Under the pieces are notes generated by a model that saw only the letters and a program-made list of their open reading frames with translations, was not told the origin of the DNA and did no database searches. Both the position numbers and the translations under genes were made by a program. Shown here piece by piece: positions 13,158-27,583 of a DNA stretch of 64,000 bases (the stretch's first letter is position 1; each line of letters starts with the position of its first letter). Source of the stretch: the human T2T-CHM13v2.0 reference genome, Homo sapiens; the NCBI RefSeq assembly GCF_009914755.1, contig NC_060928.1, one strand, 5' to 3'.

Positions 13158-13920
13158 AGTTGAGTATATCTTATCCAAAATGATCTGGAGCAGAAGTGCT
13201 TTGGATTTTAATTTCATCAGATTTTGAAATATTTGCATATACATAATGAGATATTTTGGGGATGGGACACAAGTCTAAACACAACATACTTTAAGTTATT
13301 ACACATATACCTATACCTAAGGCATATATACCTTATACATATAGTCAGAAGGAAATTTTATACAATATTTTTAATAATTTTGTATATTAAAAAATTTTTA
13401 TATACATTGAACCATCAGAAAGCAAAGGTATGACTATCTCAGTCATCCATGTGGACAATCTGTGGTTATCTGGCATCACCATCATTTCTGACTCTGAATG
13501 TATATGCTACCTATAAGAAATCATTTTCTTCTACTTATTCAAATGTAAGTACTTAAAACTAAAATATATGATATAGCATAAATGCAGTGAAACAATAATG
13601 TATTCAGGATAACTAAGCAATACAGTAGCATCACCAGAGTCTCTGCATCATCTGTTTAACAGCAGCAGTAAGAAACAATGGCAGGCTTTCAGTCTCCACC
13701 TATGATGCTGTGTTTGATTAAAAGGTTACTGTACACTGCATTTTATTTTTTTTTTTTAGGTGAGGAGAAGCATCAGAATGAGCTGAAGGACAAGGAAGTG
13801 AGGTCCTTTAGGGATAAGAAGGCATTCTTCTTGGTGGCTTTTGAAAAATGTTTTCTCCAAAGCCATCTGCCTCATTAACAATGCTTTTTGTCTTAGAAGC
13901 CTCTCTTTGATTTTATAAGA
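13158..13920 (-). mobile_element. Tigger4 (Zombi) fragment including one TIR and the transposase 3' region
   Basis: gttgagtatatcttatccaaaatg...tttgcatatacataatgagatattttggggatgggacacaagtctaaacac...gaaccatcagaaagcaaagg...gcatcaccatcatttctgactctgaa. Confidence 0.85.
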
Positions 13921-14669
13921 TTTCATCTCATATGTTTAAATATATTTAAACATAATGTATTGTTTAGAATAAAATTAATGAATTCATTATTGTTTAGTTT
14001 TTAACACATGAGATGTAAAATCTCTAACAATAAGAGTACAAAGGACATGAAGGGAAAAAAGGAAGGATACAGTTGTAAGTTTCTTAGACCATGTGTGAGG
14101 TGGCATCATATTATTTCAAGGTAGATTCTGATAAGTTAAAAATATATTGTGAAGTTAGAATAACCAGTCATATAAAACTATATGACATGAAATAAAATGA
14201 AGGGAAAGAAAATGAATTGGAATGGGAAGTTGTCAGCATAGCGATGGTATTAAAGCCATGGGGCTGGGTAAAAACACAAGTCCATGGATGGAGCTATGGG
14301 AAACTCTGACATTGATAGTTTAGGAAGGGAAGCAGAAGCTTTTCATAGAGAAAAAAAAAGAACAAGTCAGGGAAAAACTAAAGACTGATTAGGGCAAGAC
14401 TGGCTTCCTTCAACTACTGGACTTTAAACATTTTGTTGATGCGGGTGAGGCAATTTTATAGAAACTCTCCCACAAATGGAAGTTATGTGCTCTTCTTGAA
14501 GCAGATTTTTTTTTCTGATGTTCTTAGAAGCATATATGTTTATTTTATACATATTAATATGTATATCTAATATTTTACATGTCTGATGCATAATACACTC
14601 ACATGAGTAAAAATTATTCTTAAAATATAAAAATGTTTGTAAAGACAAGTATGTCCTTATTTCTATTGA

Positions 14670-15051
<382 letters not shown>

Positions 15052-15636
15052 TGATTTTTAACAAAGCACCAAAGTAATTCAAAATGGGAGAAGTGCTTTT
15101 TTTTTCAAAAAGCCCATTTTTCTGGAAAACTTGTGAGAGAAAACATAAGAGAATATCCTTTTGTGTGGATGAGGCAAATATTTCTTAGACAGATATAGAA
15201 AGCAATAATCATAAAATCATAAAAAGGAACACAAGACTTTATCAAATTATAACTGGGATTAGATAGACAGTCCAGAATAATTTTAATAATTCATGTAAAT
15301 GATTCATGTATTTTCCATGCTTAATCTTGCCTAACAATCAACTATATTTTCAGTTGTTTCCTAAGTATGAATATTTCTCTTGATAAGTAGATGGTACACT
15401 ATCCATAAAGTTATTGAAACAATTTTATATATGTATTTTTCTTTTTCTTCTATTCATAGTATATTCATAAATCATGTCCACCACATTATCTGGCGTTGTA
15501 CTCCTTAATTTGTCCAGCTTTTCAAATTTCTTTATTACTAAATAATTTTCTTTTCAAGGACATTTTTTCACAGGAACCATATGCATTATGATTTTGAAAG
15601 TTACAGAAAAAATTAATTAATTAAATTAGTAAACAA

Positions 15637-16103
15637 TGCTGGCAGCCCCTAAAATGGTCCCCAGTGATTCTTGCCTTCTGGTACAAACGCCATATGTCTT
15701 TCCTTTGAGTATAGGTTGTACCCGTTGACTCTCTTCTAAGGAAAATAATACAGCGCAAGTGATGCCATGCCACTTCTAAAATTAGTTTATAAAATGACTG
15801 GGACTTCTGCCTTGTCCTTCTGTCTTGTTCTCTAATCTCTTAGAATCCTCTTTCTGGGGAAAGCTGCTACATTGTAAGTAGCCCTACTAAGAACCCACAT
15901 AGACATCTCTGACCAGTACACATATGGATGTCTGCAGCCCCTGCCAACACCTTGGTTGCAGCCTGAGACCTCCTGAGTCAGAGGCAGCCAGCTAAGCTAT
16001 GCCCAATGTCCTGATCCATAGAAATGTTAATATAATGTTTATTGCTTTTAAGCAGCTAAGTTTTAGGGTAATTTTTTTTATGCAGCAGTAGATAATTAAC
16101 ATA
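15637..16103 (+). mobile_element. MLT1F-like MaLR solo LTR
   Basis: tgctggcagcccctaaaatggtccccagtgattc...ttttaagcagctaagttttagggtaat...gcagcagtagataattaacata. Confidence 0.8.
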
Positions 16104-17007
16104 AAGAACAAGAGAGTTATGTTGATATGCTGACGGTAGCAAGACAATGAGGCTCAGTCACTGGCTGGGTGATTAAGGTCTAACGCTAGTCCCATGGTAT
16201 CTCACACTGAAAAATAATTTTGAGAAAATTTATGAATTACCTAAATTATTAACCTTCAGAAGACACAGGAACAATACTATTAAAAGGACTAATAATAAAT
16301 ATTTGAATATCAAATGTCTACCTTATTCAAAAAGTATAAATCTTCACATTTATTGCATTGTTCTTCGAGTACTAAATTTGAACAATATAAAAGAGTCACA
16401 AATAACCTTTTCATATTTATACATAGCTCCTCAACTTCAGCTATGGTACAGTCTCTAACTGCAATGCTACATGCTGGGAAGAAAATCTTTGTATCTAGAT
16501 TTATTGGGTGTTAGAATTGCATTATGACATTCTGTTCCACCCCACCTCTCTGTACTTTCCTCAGTCATGGATACTGGTGATCAGGCATTGCTAGCACCCT
16601 GCTCTAAGCACCGTGGATTTCTCGGGCGCTTGCCTGTAAAGCAGAGCAGCCCCATCACAAGTAAATGTACCATGATTAATAAGGAAAAGACCTTCAATGT
16701 TTGCTTTTCTCATACTTTCTTTATCCCTAGAAATTTTACCACATGCAATATTTCATACAAGTGGCCTGAACATGAGAGATGTACTATTTTCTAGGAGGAC
16801 TATAATCTTGTGATTGTCAACATTAATTTTAAAAATCAAAAAAACGGACATACTACCAAACAATATAAAAGTCTCAGGAGTTTTAATTTTAAGACATTTA
16901 TTTTAGGGATTGTTGTTGTTGTTGTAAAACAACAACAGGTTTTGGCATAAATGTATTTTTATCTGAGAGATTCTCCCCAGCAAACTTCAAAGACTTTTCT
17001 GTATGGG

Positions 17008-17026
17008 ACTGCCATCTAGTGGGCAG
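17008..17026 (-). promoter_or_regulatory. Candidate CTCF binding site
   Basis: Reverse complement reads CTGCCCACTAGATGGCAGT, matching the CTCF core CCASYAGRKGGCRS in unique DNA. Confidence 0.5.
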
Positions 17027-17496
17027 TCCAGTGGGGCTAGCTAATAACAGTAGGAAACTTGGTTTGGTATTGGTAAGCAGAGCCATTTTGTTACACAAAT
17101 ATTTATTGAGCACCTGCTACATGCGAAGTACTTCCTTAAAAGCTGTGGGATATTTTTAAAATGATTAAAAACTTAGACCCTAAGTTCAAACGTTTTTTCA
17201 TTCTTTTCACTAGAATTTTAAAACTACAACCTACTACACAGCTTCTTTTAATCTCATGACTTTAAATTATTTAACAGTACTGTGATATTTAAAAAGCCTC
17301 CATTGTCTTCTACACACTGTCCCTCCCTCCTATCCCCTGGCCTATTATGAATTTAAAATAAATTATGGTAGAGTAAATAGAAAGTGGTTTGGAATCAAAC
17401 AAGAGTTTTGAAGAATCAATATGTAATGAAAATGCTATTAATATTGGAATTTCTCCTGCTGGCTTAGTCAATGACAAATTTCCTCAAGAAAATTTA

Positions 17497-17809
<313 letters not shown>

Positions 17810-20800
17810 TTAGTTTTCCCTAAACAACAAAATCAGGTGTGACATTTATTGTGAAGGCTCACTATTTATTTTGTCTACTGAGTTTTAAATGATGTTTTAT
17901 TTAAAAAAAAAAAAGCCAATAAATCACTCTTTATAAAAAAGTATAAACCTTGTAAATTTAATGAAAGCTAAAAAGTGAATTAAATGTATAAATGAATTCA
18001 GTGTCTACAATAATAATGCAGAAGAACCTTTCAAATGCTCATATTTAAGCTAAAATTTTAAAGAAAGCAATATCACCAGTGGTTTCAGTAACAGCCTGCT
18101 AAATTAAAAAAAAAGAGAGAGAAACACAGACATTTATGAAGAGAAAGTATTAACATAATTATGAAAAGAGTATAACAATTTTTTTTTCATTTCAGTTATA
18201 CTTGTCCCAGACATTTTGGACTGGCAACTGCAAAAAACGTATCTTAAAGACCAAAAACAAGTACACCCAGCCGACTCAGAACGAATACACGGAAGCTCTT
18301 ATAATTATTCATGAGATTATAATGATTTATTTGGGAAGGTCATTAGAAAAACTTTATTTCTAATATATTTCCATATCACAGTTCACTAAAAACAATAGTT
18401 GTCATTTGTATAGTGCTTTGAAGTTCATAAAATGCTTTTACAAACTGTATTTTATTCACACATGTGTGGGCAGATACTCATTTCCAGTCTAACACATGAA
18501 GTATTTAGATTTCACACAGCTGGCAGATCAGTGCTTCTCCTTTAAGTCAATTTGGGCTATTATCTGGAAAAATGTGAGATTTTTCACAGTAAGTAGAAGA
18601 TGTGATTAATTCTCTTTTTCTAGTGTAGTGAATGGACTTAAGAATTGAGGGCAAAACTTAAATCCAAATTTAAGTGTATTTTTCTACTATATAATTTACT
18701 TGGTAGAAAACCATTTTACTGTTTAAAATTGTAACTATTTCACAGAAGATAGCTAGTTTAGGGATTATTTACTTTCTTATTGCAAATTCTTTTTCATCTA
18801 TCTCTACTTAGCTCAAGGCAAATGTGTTACCCCAAAAATTACAAATTCATTTCACCTGGATTTCCTGAAATTATTTTGTGATCCTACACTTACTGTCTTT
18901 CCTTTGAAACACTTTATGCTCAACATTCAAACGCACACACAGTTAAATCCAACTCATTACTTAGCATCAATTTTCTAACATACATTAAATTTGTTTTGTT
19001 TGTTTTGGTTTTTATTTATTTTTTGTTGTTGGTTTTTTGTTTTGTCTTGTTTTTTAGTTCTCTGCATGTTTCAACAGGCATCTTAGGCAGCACATGATCC
19101 TGGAGTGTTTTTCTAGTATATTACCAGTCAGATTTTCTTCAGCATTATCATTACCACTAGAAGCATTACCAGTTCTATAAAAACATCATAAAAGACTGTG
19201 TTTAGTGTTGAACACTTTTCAATACTGATATTGTGATAATAATGCAGTGCCTTCTTTGTGATTTAAAGCACCATCAAATAATTTACTCAAGTTCAATAAA
19301 TTTGGTGTCTGGAGACTTTTGTACTTACTTTCTGTGTGGCTCTGGTAAGTCATTCCTTTGCTTTCCTAGTCTGAGATTCCTCATTTACGAACAGAGGATA
19401 ATAAGACAACAGAGGATTTATATGAGATAAAATTGAAACCATTTTTAAACTCACACAGTAAAGCATAAAACAGTATTTAAAATGTGCCCTTAAAAAGCAA
19501 GTTTATCTAAGATGTATCATATATATTTTAGATAACTTTACTATTTATGCCAGACACACACACACACACACACACAAATCATCTTTTATTACCTTTCAAG
19601 GAGAAATTTTTAAACAAAAACAAGAAACACTGTATACTTTTAAAAAAATATTTGCGACACTTATATTGGGATTTGGGGAGGAAATTGGGAGTTTTATGCT
19701 TATTGTTACGTAGCCATTTTCCTGGTTCTTTTGAATTGTTCTTAAGGTGTAATGTTTTCTTCATAATGGTCAAGCATTTTCTTCTTCTTGCTTAAAAATG
19801 ATAGTTCACTTTGAAAGCAAAGATCCATATAACACACTCTTCGTTTAAATCTATATAATGAAATAAAATCTTTATGTCCACACATTTTGAGCTCCTACCT
19901 TCATGCATTTAGAGTGTGTTACATTTCCCAGTTTTCTCATATTTAATGTTTTATGGCCTGTTCTCCAGATTCAGGTAGTAAAATGTTAGAAGGTACATTT
20001 AAATAGACAGAAAGGCTGCAGAAATGTATTTAATTACAGACAGCTTAGAATAAAAACCTTTGCCCAGTTTCAAAATAGGTTGTACCAAAATCTAATGAGC
20101 AAATGAGAAATCTGATATGTTCTCTAATGAAGCCTGGTGAACTATGCATGTGCTGTTGGATATTGACCTAAAAATGGCTGCTTGGTATTCAGTCAAATTC
20201 AAGCAAGGCCTTTTAATCACTGGTTAGTAGTTTTTCATTTGCATAAATACTAGGTATTTAAATGCCCTTGCCCCATAACCATATACCACTCATTTGCATA
20301 ATGGAAAATAACAGAGGCAAAATATAATTCAAGCCAGTATGTTTGGAAGAAAAAAGGATGATTGAACATTGAAAAACAATTTACGAAAAAAATCTTTATC
20401 AGAAATTACGTATTGAATTAGCCAACTCTCTTCTTTAATATTCAAATCTTCTGTACTCAACTATCTTGTGGAAAGTTTCACAGATGATTGCACAAACAAA
20501 TTAGAAATATATCTCAGAATGATTATAGGGCCAGATAGCTTATGTACCCTGGCCTACATTTACCTGTATTAGGTGTTTAAAGACCAAAACACTAGGTACA
20601 TAAATGTCCCAGCCACATACTTATATACCATTCATTCACTGATAAAATATAGTAAGAAGGAGGCTGTAAGCTCAAAATAACCATTTAGGAGTCTCTAGTA
20701 TATGAAAACACATTTAGGTATGAACTATGCCACAGTCGGGTGATTAGAAGTAACTCCCCACAAGACTTAATTCTGTCCTGAAAGATGGGTTGATAACTCA

Positions 20801-22358
20801 CTCATGGAAGATTCAATAGCTGGCAAGTTCAAGAAGGATATCTAAGGGGAAGACATTTGAATGGTGGAGATATACAAACTCAGGATTTATGGGCAGCCAG
20901 TTTCTGCCATGTGAACCAAGTAACAGAAAGCTCATCTCAGAAACATTAATCGACAATGAGAGAGACAGAGGAGAGTTGGAGGGTTTACATTTTACATTTC
21001 ACATGATTCTTTTTGTTCCTGTTTGTTGCTTCTCTTTCTCTCAATGATGCCCACTTAAATTTCTGCCTCAAATTTCATTTTAAAAACTGCAGACAAAACT
21101 TAGTCTACATACAGTCAATTTGTTTGTTGGACTGTCTATATGTTTAGGCTGGCTCGAGTTGATTTCTTATATTCACAACAAAAAAAACCTTCATACACCA
21201 AATCATGAGATAAAACTGTGAGGGATTACAGAACGAAATAGGTAATATTAGATTTTAAAGTGATCTTGTAAAAGTAAATCATCTACAACATAAGGAATTT
21301 TAGAAAAACAATATTTTCTAAGCAAGTCAAAGCAAGTCAATATAAGTTTTAGAGATCTTCCTTCCAACGATTGTATTTTTTTACCCTACTTTAAAAAGGA
21401 TCCACTTTCCTCTTGTCCTTATTCCTCCAAAAACCCCTTTAACACTTCCACTTTATAATGAATACATTGTAAATTGTTAAAGATGACCAATAGTTCAATA
21501 AATTAGTATTTGGGTTAAACAGAGCAAATTATCCACTTACTCTACTGATAACATTAGCAACATTTTGTGTAACAATAGGCGTGGCCTGTTATTAGCTAGA
21601 TGAGCTATCAGTTCTTACAAATCCAGGAATACGAACTGACAATATTGCATATTGCAATCATTTATGAACTAATATTGAAAAGTAATTGGGCTTATTTGAA
21701 CTTAATGCTCAGCTGAGACTAAATACTGAATGTACTCTGCTATTTACATTTTATTTTAATCTGAATGAACATCAATTATACATGTGTCTTATACAGTGTC
21801 AAACTTAATTGAAGAGTGTGCATAATTTATTAGCATAACCTTTATATTTCTCAAATGACAAAATATTCCTAATAATATAATTCACACTAAGAAATATAAG
21901 GACTTTTATATCTAGTGAGTATAAACTCAGTCTTGTTCTTTATGTAGAATAATATATATGTATTTTTTTAATAATCAAGAATTCTAGAAATATCCTAGAA
22001 AACAGTTATATTGCTTAATTTTACTTTCTACTATGCAAGTTTTCTTTATTCTTATCTTTAAATATTTTAATTTTGTCTTCTCAAATTTTCCTATTTGACT
22101 GTTAAATCTACACTTGGGAAGTTCAGGTTTAAAATATGTATTTAGTAATACATATTAAGATTTTCACAATGGGGTATTTAGTAACGTGCTTCTGTGTATA
22201 GAAACACATACAGATACAAACATATATGTTCTTTATTATTGAAATAAATGTTTTTGTTTTCATCAAACTGTATGTTTCTGAGCAATTACTGATATTAGAA
22301 AAATAGGCTCTATAGTCAATAACGAATGCTTTAAGACTGGAACAAAAAATAAGTCTAA

Positions 22359-22691
<333 letters not shown>

Positions 22692-23221
22692 AAAGTTATT
22701 CTATTTTCAATAAAATTTTCTTACTTAGTATAATAATTGTTAAATGCTATAACTCCACCACCCTGGCTCAATGATGTGGCCTGAGGAACAATAACTAAGC
22801 ATGTGAAAATAGACTGAAAAAAGTGATAACATGAAATCAGAGTATAGAACATCACTGAGGCATTTAAAGGGGTGCAGAATGCAAGGGCACAGCTAAGAGA
22901 TTAAGGGTCTGCTGGACTATGTTGGATCATTATTCAGTACTAATAATTTGTGATGATAACTAAAGAAAAGCTTATAGTAGACTGGATTTTCTAGTGCTCT
23001 TTTTTGTCCTTTCTATTTCTCCATATCTCAGACCATATGACCAGTAAGTAGGAGAGCAGGAAGTGCTGTCATCTTGGAAGGAAAACTAACTGAATTTGTT
23101 TTTGTTTGGTTAAATCAGTGTTGTTGTATGAAAAGCCATTAAGAATACATAAATAAAAAAGCCATGTAAAAAAACGAAAAAGACATGTATAAAAACAAAA
23201 AATATAAAAACTATTACTTAT

Positions 23222-23300
23222 GCCAAGCACTGGAGCTCAAGTCTGTAATCCCAGCACTTTGGGAGGCCAAGGTGGGAGGATTGCTGGAGTCCATGAGTTT
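23222..23300 (+). mobile_element. Alu left-arm/FLAM fragment
   Basis: tgtaatcccagcactttgggaggccaaggtgggaggattgc; no tail. Confidence 0.85.
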
Positions 23301-23389
23301 TGGTGCACAGCCTATATCCAGTCTACGATCAGTCTATGCTGTAAGCCTTCACCATACTGCTACAAGAATCTGAGGGTTTTTTTTTCTGA

Positions 23390-24410
23390 CAACAGATCTT
23401 TGCCTTCACATGAGGTAGGCCACGATACCTGGGAGTATCAGAGAGGAATTCTCAACCAATTACAGGAAAAAAATCTTGTTCTATGAATACCCCAGCTTCC
23501 ACAACCCCAGGAGGAACAACTCTGAATTGTACTCAGTACAGTCTCAAAGAAGGACTCAGAAGGATGGATCCCTTAATGCCCACAGTAATAATCTGCTCAG
23601 TAATGCATCCTGATTGGATTTCAGCCCCAATCTGTCTCACTTCCCCACCCCACCCCCTACGGATGCCTTGTAGGCAAACTGCCAAATAAACTTTTTCACT
23701 CAAACTCTTATCTCAAGGCTGGTTTCTGGGGAAACCAAACCTAGGACAATTGTTACCACAAATGGTCCTAGAAAACAGGTTCTAAGGATGGACTTGTGGA
23801 ATTGGATCACTTATTGCTCACATGACCACAAGTGTCCAATGGCTGGTCATAAGTGGGGTAGTGACAATAGCTGGTGCACTGTGGCATGACAATTACTGTG
23901 AGTCTCTCTAGTGCTTGAAAATAACTGAAAGAGTGAATTTGGAATGTTTCACGATGAAATGATAAGTGCTTGAGGTGATGGATTCCCAATCCCCCTGACA
24001 TTCATTACACATTGTATATCTGTATCAAAACATCACATGTACCCCATAAATATATACAACTATTATACACCCATAATAATTATTTTTGTTAAATATTGGG
24101 AATTAGGATGAAAGGGTTCAATGGCTTATGAAATAGTGCTAGTATTTGAAACAGGTATAATTTTGTAATTACAAAGATGTTGGAGTTGGTCCATGGTATA
24201 AATTGTGATTGTTTCCCTTAACAAAGAAACCAACAGAGGGTTCAACTCAGAGGGTCTCAATGATAGCATTTAAAGAGCCCTTAATCTCCTGCTACCAAGG
24301 TCTGGCTATGCTGGACATCATGTCCAAGGTTTGATTGTAAGGGTGAAGGAATTACAAAAATAGGTTGAATTTATTGCCTGGAAAATATTCTATACTAAAG
24401 TCAGGGAAAT
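23390..24410 (+). mobile_element. ERVL remnant: LTR16-like LTR (to ~23748) plus 5' internal/gag-like sequence
   Basis: LTR 3' end aataaactttttcactcaaactcttatctcaaggctggtttctggggaaaccaaacctaggaca is followed by the internal start ttgttaccacaaatggtcctagaaaacagg and a gag-like tgattgtaagggtgaaggaattacaa. Confidence 0.65.
23915..24085 (+). mobile_element. Short L1MA 3' end inserted in the ERVL internal region
   Basis: aaaataactgaaagagtgaatttggaatgttt...gaggtgatgga...catgtaccccataaatatatacaactatta. Confidence 0.85.
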
Positions 24411-24654
24411 ACAAAATGACAAAAGATCAACAAAGAACTCTGTTTAAAGAGAAACAGTGTGACAATAGCTATAAAGCCTGATAACAATGCCCTCCTTCAA
24501 CAAGCAGGATCTTTAGTGTGAACTTCTTACAGTAATTTGATATAACAGGTTTCCCATTTTGTGTTGTTTTCTAGAAAACCCAGAGCTCAATTTTCAAATC
24601 ACTCCTATTAGTCATTGAGGATTCCACACCACGGGTTCTGTGTACAACCTTATA

Positions 24655-25330
24655 TATTAGTCATGTTAGGCTAGATTTTGCAATAGTAATGAACAATCGC
24701 AAATCACAGCACCTTAAAACAGCAGTTTATTTTATTTTATTTTCTGAAACAGGGTCTCACTCTGTCATCCAGGCTGGCGTGAAGTGGCACATTCATGGCT
24801 CACTGCAGCCTTGACCTTCCTGAACTTAGGTGATCCTCCCACCTCAGCCTCGGGAGTAGCTGGGACAACATGTGTGTAGCTGGGACAACAGGACAAACGC
24901 CCTGCTAATTTTTGCAGTTTTGTAGATATGAGGCTTTGCCATGTTGCCCAAGCTGGTCTTGAACTCCTGGGCTCAAGCAATCCATCCGCCTGAGCCTCCC
25001 AAAGTGTTGGGATTACAGGCGTGAGCCATCCTGCCCAGCCCAAAAGTTTATTTTCTACTCATGCTATGCATCTACCTTAGCATATTTTTGTTTTGGAAAT
25101 ACGATGATAGAGCATTAAGCATCACAAACGTTGCTGGCCATCATGGCATAAGAAAAGAAAGAATGGAAAAGTATTCAGTGGCTCTCAAACTTCCTCTCAG
25201 AAATAACAAACATCACTTGTGCTCACATTTCATTGACCAAATCTATTCACTTGCCCCTACCTAACTTCAAGGAAGCACGAAAATATAATCCTACCATGTG
25301 CCCATAGAAGAAGCAAAACTAATTTTTGGA
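24655..25330 (-). mobile_element. Ancient MLT1 (MLT1L-like) LTR interrupted by an AluJ
   Basis: tattagtcatgttaggctag...gcaatagtaatgaacaatc...cttaaaacagcagtttattt, resuming after the Alu as aaagtttattttctactcatgctatgcatc; ctaacttcaagg...aatcctaccatgtgccc. Confidence 0.6.
24730..25040 (-). mobile_element. AluJ with an internal short duplication
   Basis: acagggtctcactctgtc...gctcactgcagccttgacc...ctcctgggctcaagcaatcc. Confidence 0.95.
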
Positions 25331-25514
25331 TGGCACCGCTGACCATCATGCCTTACTCCTGGCTTCAAGATGTGTTTATTTTACTTAATGCCTCCTTGCT
25401 CCTATTTAATCATCCAACCATTATTTCCATCTTTAATCATTTTTAAAATTATTAATGGATTATTTTCCATCATTTTCCAATTACAATTTAATCCTTTTAG
25501 AATAAAGCTTGATT

Positions 25515-25680
25515 TTATATATATATAAAATATTATATAAAGTATATATAATATATACTATATATAATATTATATACTTTTAATATGTAATTATATATAT
25601 TATAACATATTATTTTATATACAATTAATATGTAATTACATGTAATATTACTATAATATATATTATTAGAGAGATATATC
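25515..25680. repeat. AT-rich low-complexity (TA)n-like tract
   Basis: Almost pure A/T with TATA runs. Confidence 0.85.
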
Positions 25681-27268
25681 AAATATGTCACTTATTCACC
25701 TAATTTTTTCATACGTTAAAAATAAACATATGATAGTCACATACTTGTGTTCTTTCTACATACATTTCCAACAACTTTTCCAAGTTCAGTGTTGAGCAGT
25801 AAATATAACAGACAATTTTCCTCCTAGCAATGGACGCTCCTAGTGAGAAAATGTCAAGAAGCAATGCTGTTGCTATGGTTATCTGATTGTGGTAGGACTT
25901 GTTCATGTAATTTCACAAATTCTTGTCATATGTATTAACTAATAACTTTTCATTTACTAACTTTGCTCAATATTTAAACAAATTTTTAGATGCATGCTCA
26001 CAAAAGTAGTAACACAATGGTTTGCATTCGTGTCAATAACGAATACATTACTATTAATATATCTATGAGAAAGAGAATAAACATCTCCTTATATGTTTGC
26101 TTTGTTTTCTTTTTATTGTTCACTTGGATTTCACTTTATTAATCTTTACTGCAGGAATTCAAATATGAATTTTCACTTCCAGCTATCTCTATTAAAAATG
26201 AGCTTTAGCTCTTTCCTAGATGAATAAGAAACTTGTAGTTGTAAATTTAAAAACTGGAAAAATTGCTATGATGGGTATAAGTTGATTATCTCATTTTAAA
26301 GACACATGCTGATGGCAGTGGTAAATGTTAGAACCATGATTTAAACCAATTTTATTATCCTTATTCTTCCCAAATTCACAGCATTTTCCCTCACCCATTT
26401 ATGTAGGTTTCAATGCTGTATAAAGTTTGTTGGCTGCACATTACTGGGTTAATATCATCATACAATTTTCCATTTTTAGTAAAATGTTTATAAGAATAAA
26501 TAATAGAAGAAAGTGAGGCAACAGCACATTAGAGGAAAGTACAACAGAAATTAGCATAGTTTTCTATATTCTAAGATTTACATGAAAAATTCTTGGAAAA
26601 CTTTTCTGCAGATGTTTTATCATTTTATTATTGCTATATGCTAACATGCTGATTGAAGTGACCATAGTTGCCATTTAAAGGATAGCCACATGCACACACA
26701 CATTATACGACTGAATGTATATGGCGACTTAACAAAAAAAAAAAGTGTGTGTTGGGTGGGAGTTGAGTCAAAAAGTCAGAAATAAGCAAATAAAGAACCA
26801 GTACATTAAGCTGATCGTAATGGCAAGACTCTGAAGTTCAAAAAGAACACATTTGCCAGAACTTACAAATACATATAAGTACTGATGTTTATCAATCAGC
26901 TGATTAAACAATAAGTGCATGAAAACTAGTTACAGAGAAAGGCAAGCTCCTAAACTCTGGTAAGGCCCTTAGACATAAAATACATGACATTTCAGAAAAC
27001 TCTTTTTAAATTATATTTTGGGTTTTATCCAGTTTTGGTCCCTTGAAACACTTTCTAAACACTGTAAAAAGGATTTTCTGTTCACCAACTATTGGATACA
27101 ATTATGCTCAGCTGGATCGCAGTGAAAAACAAAAGAGAAAGGTTGCTGGGATTTCACAGGCAAAGTCAAGGTCCCGAGGGAGCCAGCTGTGCAAAAGGCA
27201 CGTCGATATCCTTAAGAGAATGAAACTCCTGCCCCTTTTAGATGCCCATGTAGTCTGTGTAAAATTTA

Positions 27269-27583
<315 letters not shown>

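Noticed and set aside
21321-21340. Short tandem duplications (agcaagtcaa x2; also 12615-12640, 32841-32860 and 35517-35551) as array-like elements
   Set aside because: Only 2-3 units with no spacer structure; ordinary slippage events, not CRISPR-like.
23222-23350. Possible 7SL RNA pseudogene (gagtccatgagttttgg resembles 7SL)
   Set aside because: The upstream part is Alu left-arm type (cagcactttgggaggcc), and similarity to the 7SL S domain does not continue convincingly.
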